Source: Phoronis australis (lineage: Eukaryota > Animalia > Phoronida). Taken from it: a stretch of DNA of 42,158 nt. Position 1 is the first letter of the stretch. The number at the start of each line of letters is the position of its first letter. The position numbers and the translations under genes were made by a program. Positions 13,921 through 26,010 of this stretch are shown here, piece after piece. The notes beneath the pieces were generated by a model, which worked only from the letters and a program-made list of their open reading frames with translations, had not been told where the DNA came from and did no database searches. The stretch covers positions 65,198 to 107,355 of the forward strand of contig NMRA01000628.1 of NCBI GenBank assembly GCA_002633005.1, given 5' to 3'.

Positions 13921-14123
13921 TCCAATTCATATTTTTACGCCTTCAGGCAGATGGCGTAAGCTGTAAGCTCACAGCAAGGAGTACTCCTTGCTCATGATCA
14001 CAGCTAGAGTTATCCAGACAACTCAGCTCCCAGCTTAGGCAATATACAACCCCCCCTCGGTGCCGCAGGCATACAGGAGCGATAGTGCATCCCCATTCAT
14101 AAAACGTTACGAATTTCAAAATT

Positions 14124-17085
14124 CAGGGCTCGACAAAACGAGCTGCAGGTCGCATTTGCGACCTAAAATTTGAAAATGCGAGCTGAGATTTTAGTCATCT
14201 CGTATCAATTCGCAAAATGCGACCTGGAATTTCCAACGAATGCGATCTGAGTTGCTACACTTCTCGGCAGATACCTAACAATGGTACAAAGCAACTCTTG
14301 ATAATCCGACCGTTATTTGGTTGTTGCCAAATCCAAGTTCAATAGAACATTAGCCGAGAACAGCCCTCCCGATGACTAGTAAGTAAGTGGCGTGAACATG
14401 CGATATGCAGAATCGATCTTTGACGCGTTTCATTGGCTAACATTTTTGGCCCATTACAGCGTTCTGTCGTTCAGTAACTTTTCCAGACGTGAGGAGTGCT
14501 GAACCTGCGATAACAGCTGGCTCTTTTGTTAACTGCCCAGCTCAGCCCTTTGTCGCTATTACCGAACACGTATGAACACAGTCAAACCCAGTACGGGCCG
14601 TTTGGACAGAATAGATTGTCTTAACTTCTGTTGTAGTTGGGCGATTTTGGTGATTCAAAAAACGGAACATGATCAACATTTGGCGAGGAATTCAGAAATG
14701 CTATTGGTTTAAGCTCAAATATGTAATAACTCAACTTTCATTTTCATCAGCCCAATCCAGTCAGGCTAGATACGAACTTATCGGAGATTAGAGCAATTGT
14801 CGAACAAAAGAGCGCAGGCCCTCCAACCATCAATGCCAGAATGGAGTTAATCAGTCGTGTAAGATAGTGTCTACGGAGGTAAACTTCCCAACTTGTTGTT
14901 GGGCTATAGAATCGAACAAGTTGGGAGCAACGGGATGTCGCCGTCATGCACTTTTGCAAGTTTGCGGAATCGCCGAAGGAAGTTTCGGGCCACTCATGCA
15001 TAACACGTGATAAAACGTCACATAACAGCAGTGTTTCTGCTAGTTTTAATTACCAAACTTTGTGGTAGACAAATATGTTTATTTTTCTCGTAAGATGTCC
15101 GTTATTACATGTACCAAATATCCACTACGATATCCCTGCGGGACTGCTCGTTCCCGTTGTTAGCGTGCAAGCGGTCCCAGCAGACAATCGTGACTTGGAG
15201 ATGTGCGTTTCGTTTTTATGGCATAAGGCAACCAATGTGAAAATAACAATCCTATTAATCGCCAAACGACGGCCACGTCTTTAATTTCAATTGCCAAGAA
15301 ATTCTCAAACCCCTTTACACTTGTTTCTGGGACTACGTGCGCGAAATATGATTTGTTTTTCACACCTTGTTGCCAACGTAAAATGCGATTCAAGTGCGTG
15401 AACTCACGCGTGCGCACCACTTCAAAGCTGCACATCGAACGAAAACAGCGACAGTCCTAAATGAAAGAGTATACCGGCTTGGCTCTGTTAAGCATCCGGG
15501 TGCCAGTGGTTTATTTGAAAGTGAACTCAGTAGATTCCGGGCGGCTATAAAGGACCCGATGCTTTACGATATTCCCCGGGACCGATATAACCCGGAACAA
15601 ACATATTCCTGTTCCGGTGTTTCCCGAGGTCGATGTTCCCTAAACCCTATTCTAAGCCCGTAGCCAGCTATTGCAACTAAATGGGTACTAGATGCAAAAT
15701 TGTGGTTAGTGAACTTTTTTCTTCTCTTCATACACCCCCTCCCCCCGGCAACTGGCAACTTTTCGCAGCCAGGATCACTCTCGCCGTAAAATTTTCAGAC
15801 TTCAATAGAAACAATCTTCCGGCTGAAACGGACAATTAAAAATAAAATCATTCCGGGTGCCTAAATAGGGCACAGTGTAGGTGGTAACGGTTTCTAGAAA
15901 TTCACCCCTACTAAATGGAATTTGCCTCGCAAAATCGTATTATTATAACGTTTTGTACCATTGCAGTCTTACCGCAAACACTCAGTTTAACGACTATGCT
16001 CACGCACAAGCCTACTCCCTACCTTTGAAGTGTTTCATAATAAACGCTCACTGATCCTCTAAGCGTTCCCCTCAACTTTTGAGAAATTCCAACTGAGCGC
16101 CCACAGTTTAGGCTAGCGCCCATCACAGCGCACTGCAAACGACCCCGCGTGGTTTAAAATCTACACGCAGCCTACATTGTATATGTTGTGTCACTCTGAA
16201 AACGCAACAAACTCAGTTTTCAAACAAAACGTCTATTCTCAATATGTAAAAACCAAATCCCGGCTTTGTTTCATACCTCTGAAAGAAAGTTAACACTAGT
16301 CACGTGCGTGTCGTTTTGTGACTGACCTATTTTTCTCGCGCTTGGAAGGTATATTGAGGAGCAAACTCGTCATTACCCGATGGAAACCCGCACGGAGGGA
16401 GTCGGGAATTATTTCGAGGCTATTCATTTCATGGAAAAATAATTGTTGAGTACGTAAACAGCATAAGTACCATATTTTGTAGTGAAATTTGCACTGAATT
16501 GTTCCCGCGCATCCAAATAGGTCATTCGGTTATGACATCGTTTCACGGATTCTTTGACAGATGTTTTTCGAACGTCGAGTTAAGTTGCAAAATTAGGGCT
16601 GCGAACAAAAAGTGGAGAGAATTTGCACTCCGAGTTAGTTTGAATCTTTAACGAGTTTGATGACAGACAGTAGCAGGTTAGACCTAGCAAAATCCCGGAT
16701 TCTTTTTCATCGGACATCTTCTCCCTCTTCACTTCGCAAACTTAGCTACTCGAATGCACGTGTCAGTTAGAGAACACTGATTCAACTTTCACGTCGGCAA
16801 CTTGCCTTGCGCTCTAGAGCCTTTCAATGGCGGTCGTGAAGAACAGTAACGCTGTACCTGCATAAACGAAGTCAATTTTGCGATCTGAAATTTGTGAGTA
16901 TTTAACGCAGCAGGCAAGAGTATAATCTAAACATTTTCTCGATGATCTAAAAAATCAATTTTGGCGCGTAAAAATGGCGGGAAAAATTTGCGACCTGGCA
17001 TTTATGAATGCCAGTTGGATTTTGAAAATGCGATCTCGGATTTTGGCTAAATGGGACCTGGCAATTTTAATAACGTCGAGCCCTG
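14124..17085. mobile_element. Non-autonomous hAT-like DNA transposon, about 2.96 kb, probably with nested inserts
   Basis: 11-bp TIR cagggctcgac (14124) / gtcgagccctg (ends 17085); TGCGA(C/T)CTG-like subterminal repeats at both ends; TSD only imperfect (aaaatt/aaaata); no transposase ORF seen. Confidence 0.7.
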
Positions 17086-17649
17086 AAAATACAGGAAATA
17101 AAATCAAATGAAACATGCACATATGCACATGTAGTTATAATTAACACTTACCATAAGTCTGGAGTCGATTCAGTCAAGATAATTTGAAGAAATGGATGAA
17201 AATCTGTCGCGGTTTGTGCGACTTTCTCTTACAGNCTTTCAATGGCAGTCGTGAAGAACAGTAACGCTGTACCTGCATAAACGAAGTCAATTTTGCGATC
17301 TGAAATTTGTGAGTATTTAACGCAACAGGCAAGAGTATAATCTAAACATGTTCTCGATGATCTAAAATATCAATTTTGGCGCGTAAAAATGGCGGGAAAA
17401 ATTTGCGACCTGGCATTTATGAATGCCAGTTGGATTTTGAAAATGCGATCTAGGATTTTGGTTAAATGGGACCTGGCGATTTTAATAACGTCGAGCCCTG
17501 AAAATACAGGAAATAAAATCAAATGAAACATGCACATATGCACATGTAGTTATAATTAACACTTACCATAAGTCTGGAGTCGATTCAGTCAAGATAATTT
17601 GAAGAAATGGATGAAAATCTGTCGCGGTTTGTGCGACTTTCTCTTACAG
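16821..17649. repeat. 414-bp direct duplication separated by one N (likely haplotype overlap at a scaffold join)
   Basis: 16821-17234 and 17236-17649 are equal in length with about 7 substitutions; N at 17235. Confidence 0.85.
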
Positions 17650-18122
17650 GGTGCCATTTTGAGGAAGTTACGCAAAATCAGGCAGTTGACGAATAAAAAG
17701 TCAAAGGGACATAAATCTTACAAATTTCACCTTATACCTTGCTATTTTGCAAATGTCACGCGCCAGCGTCACGCGCTTCGCCCAGTCTCGCGCTAGCCTT
17801 TGCCTAGGCGTGACTCAGTTGAAATTCTTTGTGGTTATCACGCGCGAGATTAAAAAGTTAAATGTGACCAAAAAGTGGAGTTGGAATTCTTCGCCAAAGT
17901 CACCTTAATTCTCGTAACTAAGCTTCATCGAAGATGTGTGTAGAAGAAGAAAGGACCACTGAAGAAAGTAAGTGCATTTTTAAGTGATAGTTTTACGCGT
18001 GGAATGTATTTTTGACGCCCGTTTAAAATACACGGGACGAAATTCGTACAGAATTAAAGCGATGGAAAGTATTGTAGCCCCTAACTGGCCAACCGAGGGG
18101 CTACGTGTTGCCTACTCCCAGG

Positions 18123-18245
18123 TATACAGGTATAGTTCACTTGAGCCAGACAACCAAGCTCCCAGCTCAGTATACAGGTATAGTTCACTTGAGTGAGCCA
18201 GAACACCCAGCTCCCAGCTATAGGCCTACAGGTATAGGCCTAGTT
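18123..18245. repeat. Short tandem repeat, about 48-52 bp unit, about 2.5 copies
   Basis: tatacaggtatagttcacttgag...ccaga...agctcccagct repeated; related sequence near 14013-14047. Confidence 0.6.
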
Positions 18246-18388
18246 CAGGGACGGATCCAAGACTATGAGTTAGGGAGGTCAGAGCAGAGTATTAGCCAGA
18301 GGATTTTGACCGTCAGACATTTGCACCCCCGAACTGCCAAATGGAATCTGAGAGAATTTGGGGAGGGGGCATGGCCCCCTTGCCCCTG
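18246..18388. mobile_element. Second copy of the small hAT-like MITE, cut by an N
   Basis: Aligns to 9177-9334 (gcagagtattagccag, cgtcagacatt, ctgccaaatggaatctg); N at 18389. Confidence 0.65.
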
Positions 18389-18965
18389 NTCCAGAGAATG
18401 GGGAGAGGAGGCGGAAGTAGGCCCTAATGGCAGTAGGAAAAGGGGGGAAGTTTGGCGAAGTCAAACTCATTTGTGACCCTCCCCCCGAATAAATTTTACC
18501 TTCCTACATGTACGTGCCTTACTAGCCATTTCAGACAAATGTCACGATAGTGCTTTGCTGACGTAAGAATCTCGCCAAGGAAGGTAACGTGATAACGACG
18601 TGGTTTGCTTGTGGCCAAATACATGGAATAAATCCTGAGCTCTCGCATGATTTTGTATTTTGCTGCTTTCTCGTGTATACCCGGAACGCTTTCTTTAAGA
18701 AATAGTTTCACTCGTCTTCAATAGGTCATGATTTGATGCGGCGATTATGATGTTTCCCAGCAGTGTATGCAACATTAATCGAAAAAAATCAATTTATTTA
18801 AACTTGAATGGCGTCGAATACCAGTTCTTCAGCATGTGCACGAAACAAACTCCCAGACTCCGTTTTTCAAAAAAATGTAGAAAATTGGGGACCTACATAA
18901 TAATGTCTGCATTATATAAGTCAACCGGCAGATGCCAAATTTAGGTATCTAATGTGTGAATTAAA

Positions 18966-19020
18966 CCAATTTAGAGCCAGCATCCCGGATCTCGCTACTC
19001 GTGTGTCAGCGTATATATAA
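18966..19020 (+). promoter_or_regulatory. Putative FABP core promoter (CCAAT and TATA box)
   Basis: CCAAT at 18966-18970 and TATATATAA at 19012-19020, about 95 nt upstream of the ATG. Confidence 0.6.
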
Positions 19021-19112
19021 GGTATGTCTACATCGTGCTATACACCACATCGCATTCAGAGCAATAATCGTGCTTATTTGACTCTTGTTGCTGCGATCTT
19101 TGAAGCAAGAAC

Positions 19113-19182
19113 ATGGACCACATCAATGGAACCTGGAAATTTGTGAGTGCTACTAACGAAGAGGAAAGCGCCGAGCTTTTGG
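19113..19182 (+). CDS. FABP: Fatty acid-binding protein (FABP/iLBP family), coding exon 1
   Basis: MDHINGTWKFVSATNEEESAELL-G: GxW calycin motif; phase-1 donor G/gtaagt at the conserved FABP intron-1 position. Confidence 0.88.
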
Positions 19183-19787
19183 GTAAGTTACTCCAGAGTG
19201 CCGTTGAAGTCACCAGGCAATCGTTACTTACATGTACATGTATGAGTAGGTAATTACAATGTGCTAATAAGACTTCGTGTCCCCAAAACAGCTGAAACTG
19301 CTGTAGAGGCTGTCCCTCGTAATCAGAGGTACGCCATGTTTTAGCGTGTATTGTAGGCTACTAATTCAAACAAACCAACTGTGCACCGTGTGGTCTGCAG
19401 AGTGCAAATTTCTTTGAAAAGTATGGAAATGTGTTCACAGCGAAGCCCAAAGTGCGCCCAAGATTTTGAAAGAAACGTGTTCAGTATTTGCATTACCTAC
19501 ACACGTGTGCATATGCCTCGACCTCTATCGGGCGATTTTGAACGAGTGAAACTGTCAAGAATTGCGCTCAGGCTTGCGGTGTGTATGTGTGTGGAGGGGG
19601 CAGAGTGTTGCTGCACCCAACTTCATAAGTAGGAGAGTACCATTTGAAAAATAAATGTTTTCTTCTGATTAGTCGTTATCACCAGCAGCGAAAAACGTTT
19701 CCAAACAGGTGGAAGTGCTTCACACCTTGCTGTAAATCTCTCCCAGCACGCACGGGATATTGTTTAGTTCTACATCCATGTCTACAG

Positions 19788-19954
19788 GGGTGCCCCGCGA
19801 AGAGTTTGAACAGATGAAGAAAAATAGACCACTATCAGTCTTCCAGATGGAAGGTAAAAAGCTGTCATATAAATCAGTCAGCGAATTATTCGACAAGAAA
19901 TTCGAATTGGGGAAAGAAGTCGTCGAGAATCAGATGGACGGAAGCGTCGTAAAG
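19788..19954 (+). CDS. FABP: FABP coding exon 2
   Basis: ctacag acceptor; GVPREEFEQMKKNRPLSVFQMEGKKLSYKSVSELFDKKFELGKEVVENQMDGSVVK with the F.LG.E.....DG...K signature; donor AAG/gtaggt. Confidence 0.92.
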
Positions 19955-21673
19955 GTAGGTGCACTTAATACACTCTTTCTCAGTGTTACAAGAGGTGTCG
20001 CTGTGAGTGCACCATTCAACATAGCTTCTACATGGTAAACGAAGTAATATTCGGCATTCCTAGTAACTGGGAAAGAACCTTCAAATATTCTAAACCACAA
20101 GAATGACGAAAAGCGCTGGCAGAGTGCAGTGCGCCCAAGACCAATAGTAAGAGACACCAACGCTCGGGAAATTGTTTCCATAAGTCATATTACATAGGCC
20201 TAATGCCTGAATTCTTATAACGAATTAGTTGCCACCACATTTTTATACGACAATATAGATACCTGTTTATTAGAAAGCTAAATTTGTATTCATGGTAGGA
20301 GCGAGTGTTTTTCTTTAGTAGTTGTGCGCAGGTCTCAAAACCAGTCGGGTTACAGACCAGAACCAACTACGTTTTTTGGACTTAGACATCGTAACATATT
20401 AGTGAGTGCTGGTCTTCTACACTTTACATGAGAATGGCAATACCTGAGTATTTCGAGGCAGCGTTTCGCGCTGTCACTCACAAACGTTACACAGTGACAT
20501 TTGTTTGGTCTAATTCACACCAGATACCAATAAAGAACAAAAAAACAGTTGTAAGGTGAATTAATGGGACATCTACGCTACGGAAGCAACTTTTGGTCTT
20601 AGATGACACCTTTAGAATGTTCTAAAATATCGACACAAGTTCACGAATTCTGTGCAGCCACACCGCCACCTTGTGACAGGACATCTGCTTCAGATTTCAT
20701 TGGTTTCTCATTTGCTCAAACGACTACTACCTCAACCTGTAAAGACCAAGGCGTGTGCTGTCTCTGAGTTAGAACAAAAATTAGTTTGTCGTTTAGAAAT
20801 CTACCTGGTCACTGACTGCTGTCGGGCACAACATTGCTTTGCCTCGCCATGCCCATTGCAGTGACTTTCCTCAGGTCGATCGTCATCGCATTTTTGCGTT
20901 TGACCTTGACCCTATTCATTGCAAAATGTCTGTATGTTGCCACTCAGACTGGCCTTCACCTATTGCCAACAATTTTGCACCCGCCGCCCCGCTGGCTGGC
21001 TGCGCGACAGTCACTGACAGGGCTAAATGTATACGTTATTTCTCGTAGACCGTAAAGCAGACATTAAATGCTTGTGAGCTAGTGTTCTTCACGCCAGTCA
21101 GGTAATTTTAAGTAGCATGAGCAAAAAACAAACGTTCCCAGAACAGCTTGACATTTTCACTTTGATATAGAATTAAATGTATCGATCCAGAGAGCTTACC
21201 ATAAAATATTGTTTGAAAACACAGTCATTATGTTTAAAACGTAGCAACCAAGATGGCTGCGGGATTTTGTGTTTATTTTCTGTTCGCATCTTTTTGTGCT
21301 GCATTATGGAGAACCGTGGATCGAGGATTAAATTACACAGACGCAGTAGGGTGCAGAGGTTTGGTTATGCCTGTGGCGATTTTGGATGGGTCTCACTTCA
21401 AATGCGTGGATCCTAATGCTATCAAAAGTAAAAAAGACATAAAACATAAAACTAGACACTTTATTCCATTTATATACAACATCAAAATTCATAATGACTG
21501 CATGCCTCCGATGTGGATGCCAGCGACGTCACTCCTCATTTGCACGCTACAGCAGGGTTTTACGAGATACAATATGCCTACCCTGTACATGTATTTTTAG
21601 GACAAGACCGCAGTGGCGCTACGCTTTAGTGTAACTTCTTTAACTCACTGAGCGAAATGGAATTTCATTGCAG

Positions 21674-21778
21674 ATACAGTGGGACTTCAAAGACGGCAAA
21701 TGGAAAGAGACGCAGAGTTACAGCAACGGTATCTTTCTTGAGCAAGTCAGAACCGTTATCGGAAATAAGATGGAAGTG
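21674..21778 (+). CDS. FABP: FABP coding exon 3
   Basis: ttgcag acceptor; 105 nt, IQWDFKDGKWKETQSYSNGIFLEQVRTVIGNKMEV; donor gtaaga; size and phase typical of FABP exon 3. Confidence 0.88.
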
Positions 21779-22178
21779 GTAAGATGAAGTACCAAATAGG
21801 CCGACAAACGGAGCGTCCAATAACTACTCCCTGAACTCAGACTAGTCTCAGAATCACACACCCCGGGAACTTAAAAGGATGGCAACTAGTCTCGTTCTGT
21901 CCCCTGATAATACACTCTTGGCCCCGGGTTTGAGTGTTAGGGATAATGTTCAGTTACAATCCCATACCAATGGTGTTACAGAAAGACTATTATAATTATT
22001 GATGGAATGTCCTTTCCAATAATTGCAACTCGCCAAGGACAGGCTTTCCCGTATAGCAAACAGTGTAAGTTTTCAAAATTTGCTGCAAACTTTTGAGGGT
22101 TGACAGAGCATTGTTTTGTTTTGTTTTTGGAGGACTGGATGGTACAGTCGTTCATACATGTTAAGAGGCCATCAGCAG

Positions 22179-22235
22179 ATACTGTGGAACTTCAATGACG
22201 GCAAACGGACAATAACGTCCACTAACGCCGAATGA
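22179..22235 (+). pseudogene. Partial degenerate duplicate of FABP exon 3 inside intron 3
   Basis: gcagATACTGTGGAACTTCAATGACGGCAAACGGACA versus exon 3 gcagATACAGTGGGACTTCAAAGACGGCAAATGGAAA (5 mismatches in 37 nt); reads ILWNFNDGKRTITSTNAE*. Confidence 0.7.
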
Positions 22236-23002
22236 CGGAATCGAGAACAAATGCACTTTGAGTACAAACACGCTTTTTAACCTCAAATTATTAACCTGAG
22301 GCGCCGTATCTGCGCAGGTGCGAACTTCATTGCAAAGGGATTTTGATCAAGAGACCGTTAAAATCAATCATGACTTCAGCCCAGCAGGCCTGAAAAGTCG
22401 TACTCGAAGGTCATTCTCGATTCTGTGCCTCCCGTCTGGTGTCACTAGTAGGCCTATTGTTACCTCTTATTTAAGCCTGTTATCACAGGGAAATCCCGCT
22501 GCTTTCCATGACATTCTCCGGCTGTTTTGACTGTCACATGACATTCTGTTTTGACTGAAGTTGGTGAACGTGCAGATATGAAACACCTTCGAGAAATAAT
22601 ATCAGGGTACTAAAATACCCGAGATGTCCCAATCGGTCAACGTAGGGAATTGAGGACGAGCGATTTTCGAGTCTAGCAAAATATAGGGGAGTACATGTAC
22701 AGCACAAATGGCCTTGCAATTGTGTTTTGGAAATAAGCTCGCTGTTAGAAGGCGATAAACGAGCAATTTGACTCCAGAAGACAATTCTTTTAGAATCCAG
22801 TATGATTTGTAAAAACAGTGAAGGCAAGACATTGCAACATATAATTGAAAACCTGTAGTGGACAAAAGTCCCAGCATCTGTAAGATTGACTTCTGAGCTG
22901 ACGTTGACAGGAGGCGCTCCATGAACTATTTTGCCGAGCAGTCACCGACAGTGGCGAAATGCCTTTCAAACTTGGAATTCAACATGTTACGCTTTATTCT
23001 AG

Positions 23003-23065
23003 GATGCCACTGTGCAGAAAGACGGAAAAAAGGTCAGTGGAAAAATTGTCTTCGCCAGAACCTAA
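23003..23065 (+). CDS. FABP: FABP coding exon 4 (last)
   Basis: ctttattctag acceptor; DATVQKDGKKVSGKIVFART*; spliced CDS totals 405 nt = 134 aa, typical FABP length. Confidence 0.85.
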   Translation, partial: DATVQKDGKKVSGKIVFART

Positions 23066-23188
23066 TCAGCCACCACCATTGAAGGTGCCCTGACCACTTT
23101 AATGACCAGCTGGGACAACTTCTTTCTTCCGGTGATCAACATACATCTGATTCAGTAGTATTTCGTGATGGTGGTGGTGGGTTGTAAT

Positions 23189-23254
23189 AATAAAAATTCC
23201 ATGGGTATTCAACTTTTGACTTGAAATGGCTTATCGCAGAAAGATTACAATAAA
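23189..23254 (+). terminator. Candidate FABP polyadenylation signals
   Basis: AATAAA at 23189-23194 and 23249-23254 downstream of the stop. Confidence 0.55.
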
Positions 23255-24719
23255 TATATTGCCTCGGGAATGGCCAACTGTTTTGTCTTAGACCGAAAAA
23301 GGGATCTTCAATCATGCTTGTAAAATGCTGCACCTGAAAACACAAATGACATGGACAACACATTTTTGATATGTACCCGGTCCGAGCTGTGTGTATATCT
23401 AAGCTCCGCGATTAGGAGCACGCTCTTTTCCAATGGACGCCTGTCACGAAATATTCTACGGCCCGGTTGAGTGCGATATAGCAAGACAATACTTAGAATT
23501 TTCTGTTTATAACTTCTCACTGGACTGCCTACTTCAAGTAACACCGTAGAACACGACGGGTCCAGTGACTGGCCTGAATCAAAAGTTGTTTAACTTTTTT
23601 AAAGAAGGCACGGCTGAATTGCACCCAAGGGAGCGTTCAAATGATTACGCCATCCAGAAATTCGACACTTTTTACCCTACCTCCTCAATCATCACCCGTC
23701 ATCATGATGTATATCTCCCTTTTGTCCGTCCAGCCTCTACAAATATCACGGCATTACAACCAACCCTCAGAAGAACCCGCAGTTCCGGTTTGAAATTGCG
23801 TCTTTATGATTCGATAACTAACTAATGTCGCTGTAGTATTCAGCAATGACGTTAAGTACGCCATTACAACTATCAAACCATTTTCAAACGTACAATGACA
23901 GAGGAGGATAGGGCGAGGAAACAAACTGTTTTAATAAAGCAGGGCTTGGAATGACCCATGACAAAAAAGAGGAAATTTTTTACTGCATGGCCTTTGACTC
24001 AGCTTAATTAGGGGGAAGAGAACATTCTCGCATTATCCCCTGCCAAAGTTTCAAATCAGCCATGCTTAAATGAGTGATTACACCTCATTGCATACTCAAA
24101 GGGAAATGTAAAGTTTAGTCGGTGAATGACTTAAGAAAATTGTTTATCTGGTTGTATTTTTGCGTTTGACTTAAACTGCTTACACCGCTCAAATGGGAAC
24201 GTCCCACTAATTCGAAGGTTCACCGCCACAAAAATATCTAAACTTTCAAACTCAGATGTGATATTTAAACTTTTACATGCAAAAAATAAACGATATTTCG
24301 GTTATTAGATGCACCTATACCGAAAACAACACCCGGGCACTAAAACACTTGGTTTGAATTCCATGTAGACAGTGACCACCGTCTTCAGCTGGCCAGCACA
24401 ACTAGAAACCCAAGTCAGATTTCACGCGCATGCTAAATTGCCCGCATGTCTTAAAATGAGTACGCACTTGCATTTTAAAATGATATGAAGTAGGAATACT
24501 GATGAATTATCAACCATGACTATTCATCAAGTCCATGTCAAGATCAAATCACAGCGCCACGCACACGGTAAATGAAGTTACTTGGTCACCTGTCATTGCC
24601 ACTTCTCACGAAATCAGGGAGTCCCATTTAGTCTTCTTCATTTGAAACCGCCATTGGTCGCCGTAGCCGTGCCCCAGATGTTGCCTCTGCTTGAGAACGA
24701 GTCGTGATCACAGAATCGG

Positions 24720-26010
24720 AGTAGTGAACTGTCGGAGTTCTGGGCCCAGGACGAACATGTAGATTATGTGTGCAAAAAATTCTCAGCGGATTGAGCTTTT
24801 TTGCGGGTCTCGGGTCAAAGGTCATAGGTGAAAGGTCAAAGGTCAAGTTCCACGAGTGCAACCGGAAGTGACGTCATACGCCTACCGGAAGGAAGTGTCA
24901 ATAACGTCATACCTCATTACATAATAGGACCCGTTAGAAAGGCATCTCGATCCAAGGTCACAAGGTCAAGGTCATACATGTAACCGGAAGTGGTCGGTAA
25001 ACCGGAAGCTCGAATCGGAAATCACGTGACTGCTGACGTGAACAGGCAGGTTAGGGTGTGGCACCGTTCATCACCCGGAAGTTCTGACCCTAAAAAGATG
25101 TTGTGTTTGTTCAACAAAGTAGGGATGACGCTGCTGAATAAGAACAAAACTTATTTCGCGTCCGCCAATTAAGTGAGTGTCGTTGTTGCATATTGTTTGT
25201 TCTCATCTCCTGACAACAGAAGTCGCGTATAACCCATGAAAGATGATAATCACCCAACTCAACAACAGATGTCGCGTATAACTATCCCTGTCTGTAATAC
25301 TTTGAGATACTTCGCCTTGTCAATTTCATTTCTTTGTCTTTGCACTCCTTTACAGCTAAAATGAGATTGACCGTCGTCCGCCCACTTGTTTTAGAGCAAA
25401 GGGCGATGCAGTAGTCTCCTTCAAATTCCAATTTCAATAAGCCGGGTTTGCGTGCGTCGCAGGCTTCGTTTTCTTCCCTGTATGTCCGTTCGCGGAAACC
25501 AGAGATGGTTTAATCACGCCCTGTAGACAGTTACCGGATATAACCATGTACGCCGATTCCGTGTCCATCTCGCAATATTCGAAATCGGATCTGTCGACGA
25601 ATCTTAACATGAAATCGTAGTAAAACTCCCATGCGCAAATTTGCGTACTGATAAACGAAGAAGCCTATTTGAAGCGGTTCATATGTAGGGTGAATGCCGC
25701 TATGTTGCGGTGCATCGTTCCCGCTTGTCTAAACTATGAAACTGCGAAGAAACCGGTTATATCGTTTTTGTACTTCCTTGAGAGTCCGAAATGCTTAGGA
25801 AGTGGCTCATGGTAGTGAAGAATGAAATGTACGCTGTAAATAGCAAGTGAGGCCGTGAAACATCTCCGTGTCTGTGGCCTGCAGACGTCGACAGTGCCTG
25901 ACCAATGCAGGCTTACCAAATAACTCCATACGTTCCGTTGTCTGAGCTTGTTCACGGCGCTTCTCTAGTATTTCTTCATCACTGTATTCCTGTTCGAATT
26001 GATAGCCTGC
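24720..26010. mobile_element. Maverick/Polinton remnant: one terminus plus decayed polymerase
   Basis: Starts with AGTAGT (24720); TIR-like zone rich in AGGTCA, CCGGAAG and TGACGTCA; followed by pPolB fragments on -. Right boundary uncertain and no second TIR seen. Confidence 0.8.
25285..25690 (-). pseudogene. Protein-primed family B DNA polymerase (pPolB) C-terminal fragments, Maverick/Polinton type
   Basis: Frameshifted blocks PLQIGFFVYQYA / EFYYDFMLRFVDRSDFEYCEMDTESAYMVISG...IKP / PGLLKLEFEGDYCIALCSKT / FSCKGVQRQRNEIDKAKYLKVLQTG; catalytic DTDS reads DTES. Confidence 0.88.

Noticed and set aside
22318-22530. ORF after tgcgcag as FABP last exon
   Set aside because: No FABP C-terminal strand pattern; 23003-23065 has a better acceptor, length and nearby poly(A) signals.
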